Part shown: piece after piece, positions 23,668 through 32,263 of the stretch
Layout: the number at the start of each line of letters is the position of its first letter
Numbering within the stretch: the stretch's first letter is position 1
Assembly (NCBI GenBank): GCA_964514565.1
Contig: CAZERA010000001.1
Span: forward strand, 372,001-436,000
DNA length: 64,000 bases
DNA from: an uncultured Candidatus Peribacteria bacterium
Lineage (GTDB): Bacteria > Patescibacteriota > Gracilibacteria > RBG-16-42-10
Direction of reading: 5' to 3'
Position numbers and translations under genes: made by a program
The notes under the pieces: generated by a model
Told to the model about the DNA's origin: nothing
Database searches by the model: none
Seen by the model: the letters and a program-made list of their open reading frames with translations, nothing else

Positions 23668-23683
23668 TCCCGCATGCGCGGGA
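23668..23683. repeat. REP-like palindrome TCCCGC-ATGC-GCGGGA (copy 1)
   Basis: identical 16-mer at 29897-29912; loop variant at 45500-45515. Confidence 0.7.
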
Positions 23684-23750
23684 TGACCTGATCTATCTTT
23701 TGCTCTCTCTTCTATTCTGTGCGATTATTTCCCTGTCTTATCTTCTCCCT

Positions 23751-26171
23751 ATGTCTTTTGATCATCAGAGCATCGCCCAGAAGTGGCAAGCTCGTTGGCT
23801 CGCAGAAAAAGTATATCGTACTCCCAATAATCCCGGTCATGAGAAGTACTATGTTTTGGATATGTTTCCTTATCCATCCGGAGCAGGTCTCCATGTAGGC
23901 CATCCAGAAGGCTATATTGGGTCAGACATTGTGGCTCGTTACAAACGAATGATCGGTGTGGATGTACTCCATCCAATGGGCTGGGACGCTTTTGGTTTAC
24001 CAGCTGAGAATTATGCAATCAAAACTGGTACACATCCTCGTGCCACTACTGAAGCAAACATCAACACATTCAGAAGACAGCTCTCTAGCTTTGGTTTTTC
24101 TTATGATTGGGATCGTGAGCTCAGTACTATTACACCTGACTATTATCGTTGGACCCAGTGGATATTTGTGCAGCTGTTTAAAAAAGGTTTGGCATATGAA
24201 GCAAAGCTACCCATCAACTGGTGTCCTAGTTGTAAGACCGGTTTGGCCAATGAAGAGGTGGTCGATGGTAAATGTGATCGTTGTACTACACTTGTTGAAC
24301 GTAAAGATCTCCGCCAATGGGTGCTCAAGATTACTGCGTATGCCGATCGCTTATTAGCTGGGCTCAAAACGCTTGATTGGCCAGCTAAAACTCGTTTGGC
24401 TCAAGAGTATTGGATTGGGCGAAGTGAAGGTGCTGAGATTATGTTTGGTATTGATGGATTAGAACAAAAACTTACTGTATTTACTACTCGAGTCGATACC
24501 ATATTTGGGTGTACTTATGTAGTGGTAGCACCTGAGCATCCAGTACTCAAGCATATTGTCACTGCTGAACATAAAGAAGCAGTAGATGCTTATGTCACTA
24601 GCACTAAAGCAAAGAGTGACATGGAACGTACTGAGCTCAATCAAGACAAAACCGGTATTTTTACTGGCAGCTTTGCGGTCAACCCTTATACAAATGAATA
24701 TTTGCCGATTTGGGTAGCCGACTATGTATTAGGACACTACGGGACTGGAGCAGTAATGGCTGTACCAGCTCACGACGAGCGTGATTTTGCTTTTGCTCAG
24801 AAATACAATTTAGCAATCAAGTCAGTGATCAAGTCTGCCAATGGCGAAATAGTAGAGCATCCCACTACTGAGACTTTAGTGGTTGATGATGGTGTTTGTT
24901 TTGGTTCAGGTCCACTGGATAATTTAAGCAGTGCTGCGGCTCGTGCAAAAGCGATTGAGATTGGAGAAAAAGCAGGCTTTGTGCAACGGAAAGTAAATTA
25001 TCGACTTCATGATTGGGTATTCTCCCGTCAACGTTATTGGGGAGAACCAATTCCAGTCGTTCACTGTCCTCATTGTGGTCCAGTTGCTGTACCTGAAGAC
25101 CAATTACCATTGCTATTACCTGAGGTAGAAAAATATGAACCAACTGGTACAGGCGAATCACCATTGGCGGGGATAACAGATTGGGTTAATACTACGTGTC
25201 CAGAATGTGGTGAAGCGGCAAAACGGGAAACTAACACCATGCCCCAATGGGCTGGTTCATGTTGGTATTTCTTACGCTTTATTGATCCAACCAATACAAA
25301 AGTATTAGCTGATTATAAGTTATTGGAAGAATTTGGGCCGGTAGATATGTATGTGGGAGGCTCAGAGCATGCAGTACTGCATCTACTCTATGCCCGTTTC
25401 TGGAATATGTTTTTATTTGATATTGGCGCTGTGCCTTTTGAAGAACCATTCCAATCTCTCCGTCATCAAGGCATGATCTTGGGTGAGAATCATCAAAAGA
25501 TGAGCAAATCGCGTGGCAATGTAGTCAATCCAGATGTGATTATTGATCAGTATGGTGCTGATACATTCAGACTCTACGAAATGTTTATGGGGCCGTTTGC
25601 TGATATGAAGCCATGGAGTACAAAATCCATCGAAGGTACTCATCGTTTTCTGCAGAAAGTATGGCGTTTGGCTGATAGACCGATGACAGGGGAGGGGCAG
25701 GGTGCTACGGTTTTGTTGCATAAGACTATCAAGAAAGTAGGAGAAGATATCATGAGCTTTTCTTTTAATACCGCCATTAGTCAGCTGATGATCTTGGTCA
25801 ATGCTCTGTCAGAGCAAGATGCTTTAGCTAAAGCTGATTTTGAAAACTTACTGAAGCTATTGTCTCCATTTGCACCACATATTACAGAGGAGATTTGGGA
25901 AAAGATTGGTAATAAACCTTTCTTGGTGCAAGAAAGCTGGCCTCAATATGACAGTAAATATTTAGTGGAAGCAGTACTAGAAATACCAGTGCAGATCAAT
26001 GGAAAAGTACGTGAAGTAATCTCGGTGCCTGCCGAAATCAGCCAAGCTGACGCGATTGCTTTAGCAAAAGAGCAAGCTACGGTACAGAAATGGCTGAGTG
26101 AAGGAGAACTAGTCAAAGAGATTTATATTCCAGGCAAGATGATCAACTTTGTGATCAAACCTAAAATCTAA
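23751..26171 (+). CDS. leuS: leucine--tRNA ligase
   Basis: MFPYPSGAGLHVGH, WIGRSEG, FTTR editing domain, SRQRYWG, KMSKS; ATG 23751 preferred. Confidence 0.97.
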   Translation: MSFDHQSIAQKWQARWLAEKVYRTPNNPGHEKYYVLDMFPYPSGAGLHVGHPEGYIGSDIVARYKRMIGVDVLHPMGWDAFGLPAENYAIKTGTHPRATTEANINTFRRQLSSFGFSYDWDRELSTITPDYYRWTQWIFVQLFKKGLAYEAKLPINWCPSCKTGLANEEVVDGKCDRCTTLVERKDLRQWVLKITAYADRLLAGLKTLDWPAKTRLAQEYWIGRSEGAEIMFGIDGLEQKLTVFTTRVDTIFGCTYVVVAPEHPVLKHIVTAEHKEAVDAYVTSTKAKSDMERTELNQDKTGIFTGSFAVNPYTNEYLPIWVADYVLGHYGTGAVMAVPAHDERDFAFAQKYNLAIKSVIKSANGEIVEHPTTETLVVDDGVCFGSGPLDNLSSAAARAKAIEIGEKAGFVQRKVNYRLHDWVFSRQRYWGEPIPVVHCPHCGPVAVPEDQLPLLLPEVEKYEPTGTGESPLAGITDWVNTTCPECGEAAKRETNTMPQWAGSCWYFLRFIDPTNTKVLADYKLLEEFGPVDMYVGGSEHAVLHLLYARFWNMFLFDIGAVPFEEPFQSLRHQGMILGENHQKMSKSRGNVVNPDVIIDQYGADTFRLYEMFMGPFADMKPWSTKSIEGTHRFLQKVWRLADRPMTGEGQGATVLLHKTIKKVGEDIMSFSFNTAISQLMILVNALSEQDALAKADFENLLKLLSPFAPHITEEIWEKIGNKPFLVQESWPQYDSKYLVEAVLEIPVQINGKVREVISVPAEISQADAIALAKEQATVQKWLSEGELVKEIYIPGKMINFVIKPKI

Positions 26172-26174
26172 GTA

Positions 26175-26942
26175 CTAAGGCAACAAACCGGATAAGTCCA
26201 AGTTAGGCAAATCATTGAGTTGATTGTCTACTTGGCCGAGGTCGGTGAGAATTGAATCCACGGTGTTTGCTGGTGAGTTTGGGCTGATGAGCTGAGATGT
26301 GTTTTGGTTGAAATCACTACTATTATTTGGGGTAGTGACACGTGGTTGTTTTTTGTCTAAGCCATGATAAACCACTCTGGCCATTTTTTTTCGTTGGAAG
26401 TTGTTGTTGATACCATAACTTCCGCTTGCTGGCATGTCCGAGAGCTGATTATCTTTGACATACTTTATATAAGGTGCCCACCAATCTGTAGAGTGAACAT
26501 CTAAATAAAGATCTTCAGTAACGCTGGGTAATGTTACTTGCAAACTATTGATTATGATTTTGAGCGCTTCAATCTCAGTGACCGCTTGATTAGGGTGAAA
26601 TGTCCCATCGGGGTAGCCATTTAAAATGCCATGGCTGCGAGCTGTGTATGCGTACTCATGACACCAACTACTGGTGGGCAGATCAGAAAAAGAAGCACTA
26701 GATGAGGGGACAGGTGTGATCTCTGCTACCTTTAAGGCAATCTTGGTCAGTTCACAGCGAGTTAGACTCAAGTCAGGATGAAATAGGCCATCTTCACTAC
26801 CACTAATAATATTCTGCGCTTGCAAAAAGCTAATTGCAGCAGCATCAGGATCGGAAGTGGTAATGTCGTTGAAAGCGTATGCTTGGCCAGAAAGTGCCAA
26901 GCTCAATACTAATACGCTAAGGGCTTTGAGATAGATATTCAT
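26175..26942 (-). CDS. secreted S-layer homology (SLH) domain protein
   Basis: signal peptide ending AYA; three SLH repeats (FND...IISG..DG.FHP...TR.E; GYPDGTFHPN..VT; YLDV...WWA). Confidence 0.88.
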   Translation of the reverse strand: MNIYLKALSVLVLSLALSGQAYAFNDITTSDPDAAAISFLQAQNIISGSEDGLFHPDLSLTRCELTKIALKVAEITPVPSSSASFSDLPTSSWCHEYAYTARSHGILNGYPDGTFHPNQAVTEIEALKIIINSLQVTLPSVTEDLYLDVHSTDWWAPYIKYVKDNQLSDMPASGSYGINNNFQRKKMARVVYHGLDKKQPRVTTPNNSSDFNQNTSQLISPNSPANTVDSILTDLGQVDNQLNDLPNLDLSGLLP

Positions 26943-27001
26943 GAGAGGGAAAACTACACGCTGCTATTTTGCCAGCTTATGCTAGAAAAGCAATATTTTG
27001 A

Positions 27002-27295
27002 CTACAAGTCCAGTTGCTGTTGTATAGCGTTTAGGGTCCCAATAGTATCTTGTTCTACACTTTGTAATTCAGTACTGAGACTAGAAATAGTGTCTGGTGG
27101 AGACAATGGTACGGCTTGGCTACTAGGATGAATAAATAGTGCGGTTACTAGAGCTGCCGTTGTGAGAGATGGTAAACTAATCCAAAGTAACCATTTGTTC
27201 CAATGGGAAACTTTTTTGCCAAGCAGCTTTTCTTCTAGTGCGTGGACAAAGGCGCGATCTGGATTGTGAGGACGAGAGGCAAATAGTTTGGCCAT
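27002..27295 (-). CDS. putative single-pass anti-sigma factor
   Basis: about 97 aa; P...F...LE..L N-terminal helix, one TM, short acidic tail; directly downstream of the ECF sigma; ATG 27295 preferred. Confidence 0.55.
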   Translation of the reverse strand: MAKLFASRPHNPDRAFVHALEEKLLGKKVSHWNKWLLWISLPSLTTAALVTALFIHPSSQAVPLSPPDTISSLSTELQSVEQDTIGTLNAIQQQLDL

Positions 27296-27302
27296 ACAGT
27301 CT

Positions 27303-27854
27303 TCAGGAGTTAATTGGTAGTGGACTAAGCTCAGCTGCTTTTTTGAGTGCTCGGTGCTGTAGTACTTTGACATTTTCAGTGCTGAGATCGAGCACATCAG
27401 CTGTTTCTTTGATCGAATAATTTTTGAGGAAGCGATAGTGTAAAATATCGCGATAGTTCTTGGGTAATAACTTAAGAATCTTTTGAATTACTTTCTCACT
27501 ACCACTGGTGACTTCTACTTCTTCGTCTACTTTAGGAAGTTCTTGGGCTAGGTAATCTTCGAAAGAAATTTCTACACCTTGTGCATACTTTACACGCCAG
27601 TAATCATTGATAGTGTAGCGCGCTATGGTGAAGAGCCATGATTGAAATTTGGCTTCAAAACGGAAGTTTTCGATGGCTTGGTAAGCTTTGAGGAAAGTCT
27701 GGGAGGTAAGATCTTCTGCTTCTTCTTTGTGATTTACTTTGCTCCAAATAAAACGATAAAGGGGAGTAATGTAATGATGATACAAAGGGCGAAAACTTTC
27801 TTGATCTCCAGCCTGAATTTTCCTGATCAGCTCATCTTCATTGTGAAACAACAT
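27303..27854 (-). CDS. ECF RNA polymerase sigma factor
   Basis: AEDLTSQTFLKAY, FQSWLFTIAR (region 2), LP..YR.IL..RF....SIKETA.VL..S..NVK..QHRA (region 4). Confidence 0.93.
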   Translation of the reverse strand: MLFHNEDELIRKIQAGDQESFRPLYHHYITPLYRFIWSKVNHKEEAEDLTSQTFLKAYQAIENFRFEAKFQSWLFTIARYTINDYWRVKYAQGVEISFEDYLAQELPKVDEEVEVTSGSEKVIQKILKLLPKNYRDILHYRFLKNYSIKETADVLDLSTENVKVLQHRALKKAAELSPLPINS

Positions 27855-27866
27855 GTGCAACAAGTG

Positions 27867-27895
27867 TACAGATATATTGTCGCAAGGAGGTTACA
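27867..27895 (-). promoter_or_regulatory. possible ECF-type autoregulatory promoter
   Basis: minus strand TGTAACC-N15-ATCTGTA just upstream of the ECF sigma gene; AAC in the -35 is typical of ECF promoters. Confidence 0.3.
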
Positions 27896-28047
27896 CTAAT
27901 TAGGGGAGAGGTACGAGATCAGAGGTCAGAGGTGGGGTGCGGGGACTGGGATTTAGTGGGGTAGTACTACTTTTGTGGGATAAGCCTTCTGTTTCATTTG
28001 CTTGCTAAAGTCTGGTTGGTTAGACTGGCTTTGTATAAATTTTCTTT

Positions 28048-29724
28048 ATGTCGTTTACTTCTGAACAAAATAAACTGATTGCTGATTTGGTTTTTCCGGA
28101 TGTGCAAGAAACATTGGCTGATCTGGATAAGCGTTATCCAAAGCGTGATTTACCAGAAGGCGCTATGGTTACTCGTGTGGCGCCTAGTCCTACGGGTTTT
28201 ATGCATCTAGGTACTTTGTATACTTCTTTGATCTGTGCCCGTGTCTCTGCTCAATCCAAAGGTGTATTTATTTTGCGCTTAGAAGACACCGATCAAAAAC
28301 GTACTGTTCCGGGAGCAATGGAATTGATCATTCAATCTTTGCAAAATTATGAGATTCACATTGATGAGGGGCCATTGGATTTAGACAACGACAAAGGATC
28401 ATATGGTCCTTATATTCAAAGTAAGCGAGCAGACATCTACAAGGTGGCGATTAAGTACTTGCTAGAACAAGGTCTCGCTTATCCTTGTTTTATGGGACGA
28501 GAAGAACTAGAGCTTATGGAACAACAACAGACTCAGCTCAAAGTGCGTCCAGGTGTTTATGGTCGATTTGCTAAATGGCGTCATGCCAGTGCTGAAGAGA
28601 TTATTGCCAAGCTGCAGTCTGGTGCTCAGTTTGAAGTGATTCGTTTCCGCAACCCCGGATCTGAACGCAATCGTCGTCAGGTTGTTGATATTGTGAAAGG
28701 TAAGATGCAACTACCAGAAACTGACAACGATATCGTCTTGATGAAATCATCAGATGGTTTGCCTGTGTACCATCTGGCTCATGCTGTTGATGATCATTAT
28801 ATGTGGACTACCCACGTAATTCGAGGGGACGAGTGGTTATCTTCTATGATGCTCCATCATCAATTATTCGAGGCATTTGGCTGGACAGCTCCTGAATATG
28901 CTCATATTGGACCGATCCAGAAACTGGAAGATGGTAATCGTCGCAAGCTCAGTAAACGAAAAGACCCTGAATCCAATGTGTTGCTGTACGATGAGGTTGG
29001 TTACCCTCGTATCACTGTCATTGAATACCTGCTCAATATTGCAAACTCGTCATTTGAGGACTGGCGTAAAGCTAATCCTACCTTAACTTACCGTGATTTC
29101 GAATTTAAATTGAATGGTTTGGGTAAGAGTGGCGCGCTAATTGATCCCAAGAAAATTGAGAATATCAGCAAAAATATTATTGGCCGTTTTTCTACCCAGT
29201 ATATTTATGATGAGGTCCTAACATGGGCTAATCAATTTGATACTGTTTTAGCCGAAAAGATGATTAGTCAGAAAGAGTACGTGATGCAAATCATTAATAT
29301 CGAACGTGATGGTGTGGAGGCTCGTAAAGATATTGCTAAATGGTCTGATGTAAAAAATGAAATTAGTTATTTCTTTGATGATTGGTTCAATCTGGCTCAA
29401 GAAGAAGTAGCAACATTGCTAGGTACTATTCCGCAAGATGTAGTGGTGAAGGCCTGTGAGGCAATGATTGCAGGGTATCTTCCTACCGATGACAAAGATA
29501 CTTGGATCAATAAACTAAAAGATATTGCTGAATCTCTAGGATACGCTCGTGAAGTAAAGTTGATGAAAGAAAATCCTGGCCAATATCAAGGCCACTTTGG
29601 CGATATTGCCAAGATTTACCGGGTCTATCTCACTGGTCGTAATCGTTCACCAGATTTGTATTGGGTGATGAAAGTACTAGGAGTGGACAAGGTCAAAGCC
29701 AGACTAGCAAGAGGTTTGCGTTAA
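28048..29724 (+). CDS. gltX: glutamate--tRNA ligase (likely non-discriminating)
   Basis: TRVAPSPTGFMHLG, LRLEDTD, YIQSKR, THVIRGDEW, KLSKR. Confidence 0.95.
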   Translation: MSFTSEQNKLIADLVFPDVQETLADLDKRYPKRDLPEGAMVTRVAPSPTGFMHLGTLYTSLICARVSAQSKGVFILRLEDTDQKRTVPGAMELIIQSLQNYEIHIDEGPLDLDNDKGSYGPYIQSKRADIYKVAIKYLLEQGLAYPCFMGREELELMEQQQTQLKVRPGVYGRFAKWRHASAEEIIAKLQSGAQFEVIRFRNPGSERNRRQVVDIVKGKMQLPETDNDIVLMKSSDGLPVYHLAHAVDDHYMWTTHVIRGDEWLSSMMLHHQLFEAFGWTAPEYAHIGPIQKLEDGNRRKLSKRKDPESNVLLYDEVGYPRITVIEYLLNIANSSFEDWRKANPTLTYRDFEFKLNGLGKSGALIDPKKIENISKNIIGRFSTQYIYDEVLTWANQFDTVLAEKMISQKEYVMQIINIERDGVEARKDIAKWSDVKNEISYFFDDWFNLAQEEVATLLGTIPQDVVVKACEAMIAGYLPTDDKDTWINKLKDIAESLGYAREVKLMKENPGQYQGHFGDIAKIYRVYLTGRNRSPDLYWVMKVLGVDKVKARLARGLR

Positions 29725-29819
29725 TTGTTTCCAACAAGTAGCAGAAATGTTGTTGCCCAACTAAATAGTTTCTGCTACTTTGTGCCCGCCAAGTAAAAAT
29801 TGGTCTGAAGACACACTAT

Positions 29820-29896
29820 GGGCCGGTAGTCTCAGTTGGTAGAGCGCCTGCTTTGCAAGCAGGAGGTCATGGGTTCGACCCCCATCCGGTCCACCA
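29820..29896 (+). tRNA. tRNA-Ala (anticodon UGC)
   Basis: acceptor GGGCCGG/CCGGTCC with G3:U70, anticodon arm CCTGC-TTTGCAA-GCAGG, T-arm ATGGG-TTCGACC-CCCAT, CCA; one extra T in the D-stem. Confidence 0.93.
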
Positions 29897-29912
29897 TCCC
29901 GCATGCGCGGGA
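29897..29912. repeat. REP-like palindrome TCCCGC-ATGC-GCGGGA (copy 2)
   Basis: directly follows the tRNA-Ala CCA. Confidence 0.7.
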
Positions 29913-30043
29913 TCTTATCCTCATCCTCACTTTGTTCGATGAGCATCTTTCCGTTGCTCGAAGGATTAGTATAAGGATAAGGAGATGCAAATATTGAGAA
30001 ATTCTAGGCTGATAGGCATACTGGTTTCATAAGCCTGTTTTTT

Positions 30044-30739
30044 ATGTTGAATTTTTTGGATGATGTGAAGGTTAAAGAAATACTTACTGATTTTGCTATC
30101 GATGTCGGTGCTTTAAAAGCACTTTGGGATATGCCTGAAGCTGCTTTGGCAGTGGTACGAAAGATGTATGAGTATGAGGAGATCCAAGCGTATGGACAGC
30201 GCACTGCTACTAACAATGAAGAGAAGTTTAAATATTTACGAGCGTGGCCTTTGGAGATGGATGCTGGAGTATTACTGTATTTATTAGTACGTTATCTAAA
30301 GCCCACTACTATTTTGGAATGTGGTACTTCTTTTGGTGTATCCGCTTTATTTGAAGCTAGTGCTCTTCAACAAAACAAACACGGACATCTCACCACAGTA
30401 GAAGTATCTAAACTAAAGCATGAAGCTGCTTGGCGAAACTTTGAGTTGGCTGGAGTAGAAAAATATATTACTCAAGCAAAGGTTGCCTTCGATCAATATC
30501 TCAAACATAACGATCAGAAACTAGATTTGGTATTGCTAGATTGTGATAGAAGCCGCTACCCGGTCTATTTTGAAGCACTGTTAGCTAGGTTAAATCCCAA
30601 CGCTTTGTTGTTAGTTGATAATGCCATTGACCGTGCTGAGGACATGCTACCACTTCAGCAGAAGTTGGAAGAAAAGGGATGGTTTTATTCCATACTACCA
30701 GTAGGAGACGGCTTACTCGTCGCTCAAGATAAAAGGTAA
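30044..30739 (+). CDS. class I SAM-dependent O-methyltransferase (YrrM/COMT-like)
   Basis: ILECGTSFGVS motif I, TTVE, LDLVLLDCD, LLLVDN. Confidence 0.85.
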   Translation: MLNFLDDVKVKEILTDFAIDVGALKALWDMPEAALAVVRKMYEYEEIQAYGQRTATNNEEKFKYLRAWPLEMDAGVLLYLLVRYLKPTTILECGTSFGVSALFEASALQQNKHGHLTTVEVSKLKHEAAWRNFELAGVEKYITQAKVAFDQYLKHNDQKLDLVLLDCDRSRYPVYFEALLARLNPNALLLVDNAIDRAEDMLPLQQKLEEKGWFYSILPVGDGLLVAQDKR

Positions 30740-30845
30740 GAGGGAAGAGGTAAGAAATGTATAGGCTGTTTGTCCATATGCATGGAGGGCATGATGGGTC
30801 TTCAAGCTGGTAGACTTCTTAACTTTTACCTCTTCTTTCTTACCT
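30734..30845. repeat. about 110-bp element with 23-bp imperfect inverted arms built of AGGTAAG heptamers
   Basis: AGGTAAGAGGGAAGAGGTAAGAA ... CTTTTACCTCTTCTTTCTTACCT; internal hairpin TCCAT-ATGC-ATGGA. Confidence 0.65.
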
Positions 30846-30897
30846 CGCCAGCAGAGTCTTACGTTTTGGTAAGAAAAAGGCTATAATATAAGGATTT

Positions 30898-31761
30898 ATG
30901 TTATTTATGCTTGATATTGCTGTACGGCCATATAGTGAAGAAGGAGTGATTAGACCTCGTCTAGTCGCTAAATCTTTGCAGATCGCCAAGCTACTTGATC
31001 ATCAGCGCCAACAAATGGCCAATGGTAATTCACTGGCATTTCCTACTATTCCTTATCAAGAGCATGCTTATTTGATTGGAGCGATGCTATACTTCATGAT
31101 CGACCGGATTGGTCATTGTCAAAATAGTAAGCAGTGTGATCCCAGTAAAGCAGCTCTATTCCATTGGTTTCATGACACATTATGGCGTACTTATGAGCAG
31201 CCCAGTACGCGTGATGAGTTGAAGGCTGAGCGGGGACCAATTGTAGATTTCTTTGCGGATAACGCTCATGGTTTTGCTGATGCAGTTGCTGTTTTGCAAG
31301 AGCTCAATCCCTATGACTTTGTGATCTATCCTATTCCTGAGCTAGATCATCTCAGTACCCAGCATATCAATATGATGAGTAGGGAAAACTACGTGCGTTG
31401 TCTGGATCAATTACTGGAGCGTTATATAGATGATGGCATGCAGGTAGCAAAGCTGCTTGCCCATATGAATCAAAAAATGTCAGTCCGTCTGCTTTTGCGA
31501 GGCATGGTGACCATGCGCACTATTGTCCGGGGAGTGGGGGAGGCTGCTATGTATAATCAAGATTATTTGATGGCAGTGAGAAGTTTTCACTTTTCAGGGG
31601 ATTTGGGTCAACCAGCACTACAAAAACGCTTTCAGGATATCATTGCTACTTTGCAAAATGAGCATCCCGAACAGTGTGAGGTACTGATGACTAAGCTAGA
31701 ACAAAGTAAACAAGATTGGTTTAGTCCTTTTGGGGCTTTTTACCAGGGCGTAGTTTCTTGA
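30898..31761 (+). CDS. hypothetical protein
   Basis: 287 aa ORF; no motif recognised. Confidence 0.7.
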   Translation: MLFMLDIAVRPYSEEGVIRPRLVAKSLQIAKLLDHQRQQMANGNSLAFPTIPYQEHAYLIGAMLYFMIDRIGHCQNSKQCDPSKAALFHWFHDTLWRTYEQPSTRDELKAERGPIVDFFADNAHGFADAVAVLQELNPYDFVIYPIPELDHLSTQHINMMSRENYVRCLDQLLERYIDDGMQVAKLLAHMNQKMSVRLLLRGMVTMRTIVRGVGEAAMYNQDYLMAVRSFHFSGDLGQPALQKRFQDIIATLQNEHPEQCEVLMTKLEQSKQDWFSPFGAFYQGVVS

Positions 31762-31957
31762 GTAGATTGAGTAAACTCTGGGTACTGTTTTTGAATTTAG
31801 TACCAAATTGAGTGCCTTGTTGATAGATCTTTTGAGATGATGTTTTGATGTCTTCTCGAGTCTCTTTGCCACTTTTTGGGGCAAACATGATAGCCAAGAT
31901 AGAACCTACTGCACCGCCTACAATGGTACCGGCAATAAATTTGTCGCGTTTTTTCAT
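31721..31957 (-). CDS. YtxH domain protein
   Basis: GTIVGGAVGSILAIMFAPKSGKETR signature; ATG 31957 preferred. Confidence 0.85.
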   Translation of the reverse strand: MKKRDKFIAGTIVGGAVGSILAIMFAPKSGKETREDIKTSSQKIYQQGTQFGTKFKNSTQSLLNLLKKLRPGKKPQKD

Positions 31958-31958
31958 A

Positions 31959-32216
31959 TTAGTTTTTCTTATCTTTAGTACCCCTTTGGGCAAAAAAGCC
32001 CATGATATGGCTGAATTGTTCGGCTACTTGCAATACGAGTTTCATGGGTTTTGCCACAAAGCTTTGTACGCTTTCAATTGTATTTTGGGCTTCTTGGAGC
32101 ATCGCATCTACTTTGCTCAACATACTAATGACGCGGCAAAGAATGACGATAAAAAGGATCAAAATTACTCCGCCTAGAACTGCTAAAATGTAATAAATTG
32201 TTTCGATAGGAGGCAT
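31959..32216 (-). CDS. DUF948/YoxC-like membrane-anchored coiled-coil protein
   Basis: N-terminal TM plus heptad helix; upstream of YtxH, a common pairing. Confidence 0.6.
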   Translation of the reverse strand: MPPIETIYYILAVLGGVILILFIVILCRVISMLSKVDAMLQEAQNTIESVQSFVAKPMKLVLQVAEQFSHIMGFFAQRGTKDKKN

Positions 32217-32263
32217 AGAGAGGGGGAATTAAAGATGAATGACTGTTGGAAGAATTTTGGCTA

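Noticed and set aside
29897..31761. Integrated element at tRNA-Ala (or at tRNA-Lys)
   Set aside because: No integrase and no duplicated tRNA 3' end (attR) were seen.
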